64,000 bases of DNA, from positions 1 to 64,000 of the forward strand of contig CAZQQT010000001.1 in the NCBI GenBank assembly GCA_964595645.1, in the 5' to 3' direction. The DNA comes from an uncultured Thermococci archaeon. GTDB taxonomy: Archaea; Methanobacteriota_B; Thermococci; Methanofastidiosales; B48-G16. The stretch's first letter is position 1, and each line of letters starts with the position of its first letter. The notes under the pieces were generated by a model. It was not told the origin of the DNA. It did not search any database and saw only the letters and a list, made by a program, of their open reading frames with translations. This document shows positions 60,254 to 64,000 of the stretch, piece by piece. A program made the translations under genes and the position numbers.

Positions 60254-61533
60254 TCCCTCTTTTCTATTTTCTCAAATCCTGTGTACTTTCGCAGTGCCTT
60301 TGGTACAGTGACGCTACCATCTTCATTTTGGAACTGCTCGATGATTGCGAGCATTGTTCGGCTTGTGGCAAGCGCTGTATTGTTCAGTGTATGCACAGAC
60401 CCAGCCGGTGGTTTTCCCTCTTCCTCCCTGTACCGTATATTGAGTCTTCTTGCCTGGTAATCGGTACAGTTCGAGTTCGATCCAAGCTCTCTGAATGTCC
60501 CGTCGATCATCCACATCTCGATATCGTACTTTTTGGCAGCTATCGAGCCGATATCACCAGTACAGACATTCACTACTCTAAAATGAAGACCCAGTCCATC
60601 GTACAGTTCCTCCGCGTTCTTCTGCAATTCCTCGTGGAACTGCCACGAGTTATCGGGATGAGAGAATATAAATTGTTCAACTTTATTGAACTGGTGCATT
60701 CTGTAGAGTCCCTTGGTATATTTCCCATGGGTGCCCACCTCTCTTCTGAAACATGGGCTGAATCCAACAAGTTTAATGGGAAGATCCCTTTCATTGAGTA
60801 CTTCGTCCATAAACATCGCGGCCATGGGATGTTCACTGGTGGCAATCAGGTAAAGATCATCATTCTCTATTTTGTACATGACATTCTCAAAATCACTGAG
60901 GTCCGTTACCCCCTCATACGGCTCTCTCCGCATCATGAAGGGAGGCTCGATGAGGGTATACCCTTGTGCTGTGAGGAACTCAATTGCATATGACATAATT
61001 GCTCTATCAAGCTTTACAAGATCACCTTTGAGATAATAAAACCCATGGCCAGTTACTTTTGAACCCCGCTCATCGTCCATGAGGTCGAGATCTACAAGAA
61101 TATCCAAATGACTTTTGGGCTCAAAATCAAACTCTGGAGGGGTACCAACCTTTTTTATTTCAACGTTATCATGCTCGTCTTCGCCTACAGGTACGGATTC
61201 ATGGAGGATATTGGGCAATCGTATCAGATAGTAATCTCTTTTCTCTTTCTTCTCTCGCATTTTCTCTTCCAGCGTTTCTATTTTTTCTGGTATTTCAGCG
61301 GCTTTTTTTATTTTCCCTGATGCATCTTTACCTTTCTTTTTTAATTCACTTATTTTTAGTGCAATCTTGTTTCTTTCGTGTCTTAGCCTGTCTGTTTCTT
61401 TTTTAAGCTCTCTCCACTCCTTATCGAGTGCTCTTGTTTCATCTACCCATTTAAGTTTCTCAGCATCCTCTCTCTTCTTCAGATCTTCTCTCACCACATC
61501 GGGATTATCTCTGATCAGGTTAATATCGAGCAT
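60250..61533 (-). CDS. serS: Serine--tRNA ligase (bacterial/eukaryotic type)
   Basis: MLDINLIR, ATSEH, FRRE, R.HQF.KVEQ, S.SNCTDYQ.RR, HTLNNT. Confidence 0.97.
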   Translation of the reverse strand: MLDINLIRDNPDVVREDLKKREDAEKLKWVDETRALDKEWRELKKETDRLRHERNKIALKISELKKKGKDASGKIKKAAEIPEKIETLEEKMREKKEKRDYYLIRLPNILHESVPVGEDEHDNVEIKKVGTPPEFDFEPKSHLDILVDLDLMDDERGSKVTGHGFYYLKGDLVKLDRAIMSYAIEFLTAQGYTLIEPPFMMRREPYEGVTDLSDFENVMYKIENDDLYLIATSEHPMAAMFMDEVLNERDLPIKLVGFSPCFRREVGTHGKYTKGLYRMHQFNKVEQFIFSHPDNSWQFHEELQKNAEELYDGLGLHFRVVNVCTGDIGSIAAKKYDIEMWMIDGTFRELGSNSNCTDYQARRLNIRYREEEGKPPAGSVHTLNNTALATSRTMLAIIEQFQNEDGSVTVPKALRKYTGFEKIEKRD

Positions 61534-61573
61534 ACCCCTTCTTAACCAATACTATTTAAAATGGTTTCGCTGT

Positions 61574-62125
61574 ATGAGTAGTATGCTGGTGGATTTTCTC
61601 GTGGAGATAGGGAAATTAAAGCGTATCAAGCGATCCGGATGGATCATTAATGGAATCGATGGGGAGAGCGTAGCAGATCACTGTTTCAGAACTGCTGTGC
61701 TGAGCATGCTTCTCGGTGATCACCTCAAGGATATGTATGAAATCGATATGGAAAAGCTCCTGCGGATTGCAATACTGCACGATCTGGCGGAAAGTAAGGT
61801 AGGTGATATTCCGTATGAAGCACTCAAGTATATAGGGGAAGAAACCAAACAACGAGCAGAAAAGAACGCTTGCAGCGATTTGTTTTCTGGTATAGAACAT
61901 GGCGATGGGTACTACGATCTCTGGGAGGAGTTTGAAGAACGAAAGAGCATTGAGGCTCGAATCGTCAGGGCAGCGGACAAACTGGAGATGATGATTCAGT
62001 GCTACGAATATGAGCGACAGGGATACACGCTGGATCGATTCTGGGAGAATGAGTATAATTTCAAAGACTTCGAGTTTGACATTGTGAAGGAGATCTTTGA
62101 AGAGTTAAAGCGGAGACGAGATTAA
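61574..62125 (+). CDS. HD-domain hydrolase (YfbR/HDDC2-like 5'-deoxynucleotidase)
   Basis: LKRIKRSGW, ESVADH, HDLAE..GDI, ADKLE. Confidence 0.9.
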   Translation: MSSMLVDFLVEIGKLKRIKRSGWIINGIDGESVADHCFRTAVLSMLLGDHLKDMYEIDMEKLLRIAILHDLAESKVGDIPYEALKYIGEETKQRAEKNACSDLFSGIEHGDGYYDLWEEFEERKSIEARIVRAADKLEMMIQCYEYERQGYTLDRFWENEYNFKDFEFDIVKEIFEELKRRRD

Positions 62126-64000
62126 TCCCAGTACTTCCGTGTCTTCACGTACTGTTTCTCCGCCTCCAAGATATTCTTTAAAAATTTGTCCTCATTTACG
62201 TGCATCCTCGCGAGAATTCTGGAGGCGGTCTGTGGCCCTACGCCTCTGGCTACCAGCGCCATGGCTGCCTTTTTCCCGTAGGCGAGCATGAGATCTGCCG
62301 TTCGCTTGGCGTGCATTACCAGCTCTTCCTCTTCTTCGGATATCTCCTGTTGTTTCAATCGCTTTTTAATTGCTTGCATCGTCTTTTTATCTTTTTTTCT
62401 GAGGATTGCGAGGAATCGTGCCTGGCAGTTTCTGCACCGGGGGTACTCATCCATATGCTTGATTGTTTTGGTCATGTACCACTCGCCACAGTGCACGCAG
62501 AAGAGCTTTACCCGCTTATTTTCCAACCGTTTTTTCAGGACCTTCAGTATCTCCTTCATCGGTTTCTTCGGTGTGACGATGCCCGATGCGCCCATTTTTG
62601 TGAGAATTGGGAAGGCGAAGGGTGAGGGCTCTTTGGAGTGCACCATCTCGATATCGTACTCTTCCACATTAATCTTTTCGACAATACGTTCAGTGGTGTC
62701 AATATCCAGTTTCTCGTTGAAAATCTCCCTGAAGGTCTCCTCAAAGAGCGGTGAGTCTTCAAAGGTGTAGAAAAGCTTTTTTATGTGGTAACCTTCGGCA
62801 TCCTTTGTGAGTGCACCGAATCTCTTTGCGATCTGGGCAAGTTTCCACTGGAACAGTGAGGAACGCTGCAGTGTAAGCTCAAGGATCGGCCTCACCTGCT
62901 CAGGTTTGAGATTTTTTAGGACCTCCTCGAGAATTCCGCCGTCTGCCCTCACGGGGAACTTGAAGCAGATTCTATAGGGATCTGCCCTCACCGCGACGCT
63001 TGAGCCGAACCGGGAGGAAAGAATCGAGGAGAGCACCATACTTAGCGTCTCGTTCACGATTGTACCAAAACACGCGTGGAGAATCACGTAGTTCTCATAT
63101 GTCTCTATCACGAGATGCTCATCCGTGGGAAGCGCACCTTTTCCTTGTTTTTCTATATATTCCTGTACTTTTTCTAATGATGTATCATCTGCTATGTAGG
63201 TGTGTAAATCTTCTCGAACAGCGATGGAGCGCCGCAATCTTCCGACTTCTTGGGCAATCTCGTAAGGTACAGGGATCAGCTCCCCTTCCCATCCAGGCAC
63301 GCCTCCAATATTTTCAGCCTCGCTGACAAGCACCTTCCCTTCATTAATCTCGAGAATCTCCCACGCTCTCCCCTTGACCGTGAACACCGTTCCGACCTCT
63401 GCTCTCGTCTCGATAAACTCTTCGTCCAGTACACCGATGCTCTTCCCCGATCCGATATCCTTGATAGTGTACTGTTTTGTATCAGGAATCATAGAGAGAT
63501 TGCTGAAATAGTACTGGAAGGCTGCCTTTTTCCTGCCGAAGATCTCTTCATCTCTCCACAAGATTCCAATGTACCTCATTATCTCGACGACATCCCCCAG
63601 TGTTTCTTTGGTAAGCGAGTGGTATGGATACGCCCGTGTGACTATCACATGTGCATCCTCTATTTCCATCTTGTAATTTTCGATTGCCAGACCGGTGATC
63701 TGGTGGGCGAGGACATCGAGGGCATTTTTCTGGACACGTGTATCCTCCAGTTCTCCTTCTAGTGTTCTTCTCACGATCACCATGGTCTCGAGGATGTCGT
63801 CCTCATCGTGAACAATGATCACCCCTTTGGATAGACCCTCCGCGGTGTGGCCACTTCGTCCCACTCGTTGGACGAGTCGGCACACCTGTCTCGGCGACAT
63901 GTACTGAATAACAAGATCCACCGATCCCACATCGATACCCAATTCCATGGACGAGGTGCAGACCAGCGATTTCAGCTCTTCATTTTTGAACTGTTCCTCC
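62122..64000 (-). CDS. lhr: Lhr-family ATP-dependent helicase (5' part outside window)
   Basis: TSSMELGID.G, QRVGRSGH, DVLAHQI, LDEEF, W.GE; C-terminal CxxC..CxxC and GVGP HhH. Confidence 0.92.
   Translation of the reverse strand, partial: EEQFKNEELKSLVCTSSMELGIDVGSVDLVIQYMSPRQVCRLVQRVGRSGHTAEGLSKGVIIVHDEDDILETMVIVRRTLEGELEDTRVQKNALDVLAHQITGLAIENYKMEIEDAHVIVTRAYPYHSLTKETLGDVVEIMRYIGILWRDEEIFGRKKAAFQYYFSNLSMIPDTKQYTIKDIGSGKSIGVLDEEFIETRAEVGTVFTVKGRAWEILEINEGKVLVSEAENIGGVPGWEGELIPVPYEIAQEVGRLRRSIAVREDLHTYIADDTSLEKVQEYIEKQGKGALPTDEHLVIETYENYVILHACFGTIVNETLSMVLSSILSSRFGSSVAVRADPYRICFKFPVRADGGILEEVLKNLKPEQVRPILELTLQRSSLFQWKLAQIAKRFGALTKDAEGYHIKKLFYTFEDSPLFEETFREIFNEKLDIDTTERIVEKINVEEYDIEMVHSKEPSPFAFPILTKMGASGIVTPKKPMKEILKVLKKRLENKRVKLFCVHCGEWYMTKTIKHMDEYPRCRNCQARFLAILRKKDKKTMQAIKKRLKQQEISEEEEELVMHAKRTADLMLAYGKKAAMALVARGVGPQTASRILARMHVNEDKFLKNILEAEKQYVKTRKYWD

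Noticed and set aside
1-64000. Selenocysteine or pyrrolysine read-through
   Set aside because: No recognised protein continues in frame past TGA or TAG; the Sec-prone sites in the MBL hydrolase and the DUF2703 protein encode Cys

Overview
64 kb of a densely coding archaeal chromosome. Markers include DGGGPL reductase, GGGP synthase, CDC48, rpS17e, Lsm, EndA, Dph6, Lhr and TATA/BRE promoters. The mix of DUF835, DUF530, DUF2666, a Thermococcales-like RNase P RNA catalytic domain and a bacterial-type grpE-dnaK-dnaJ suggests a Thermococci-related euryarchaeote such as Theionarchaea or Methanofastidiosia; this is inference. Most of the window is housekeeping: lipid synthesis, thiL, purM, the pst/phoU locus, wecBC, chaperones, adk, serS, dcd and transporters. 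The ORF track does not show a ferredoxin, the RNase P RNA gene, an intron-containing tRNA-Trp, a frameshifted ArsR gene, the ends of an IS5-family element or several operator-like repeats. Best leads: (1) an RNase P RNA that appears to be a type A/type M hybrid, with no P8 but with L15, P16 and P6; (2) an OPT transporter plus bacterial type II pantothenate kinase operon, possibly CoA-precursor salvage; (3) an amidinotransferase-family gene inserted into the nfeD-stomatin pair; (4) a tRNA-Trp intron C/D guide whose box D is missing or out of register; (5) a DUF530 / DUF1699-HTH / CDIN1-like nuclease module; (6) MinD with an uncharacterised partner. No CRISPR array or rRNA was seen. All family calls are from motif recognition by eye, not database searches.
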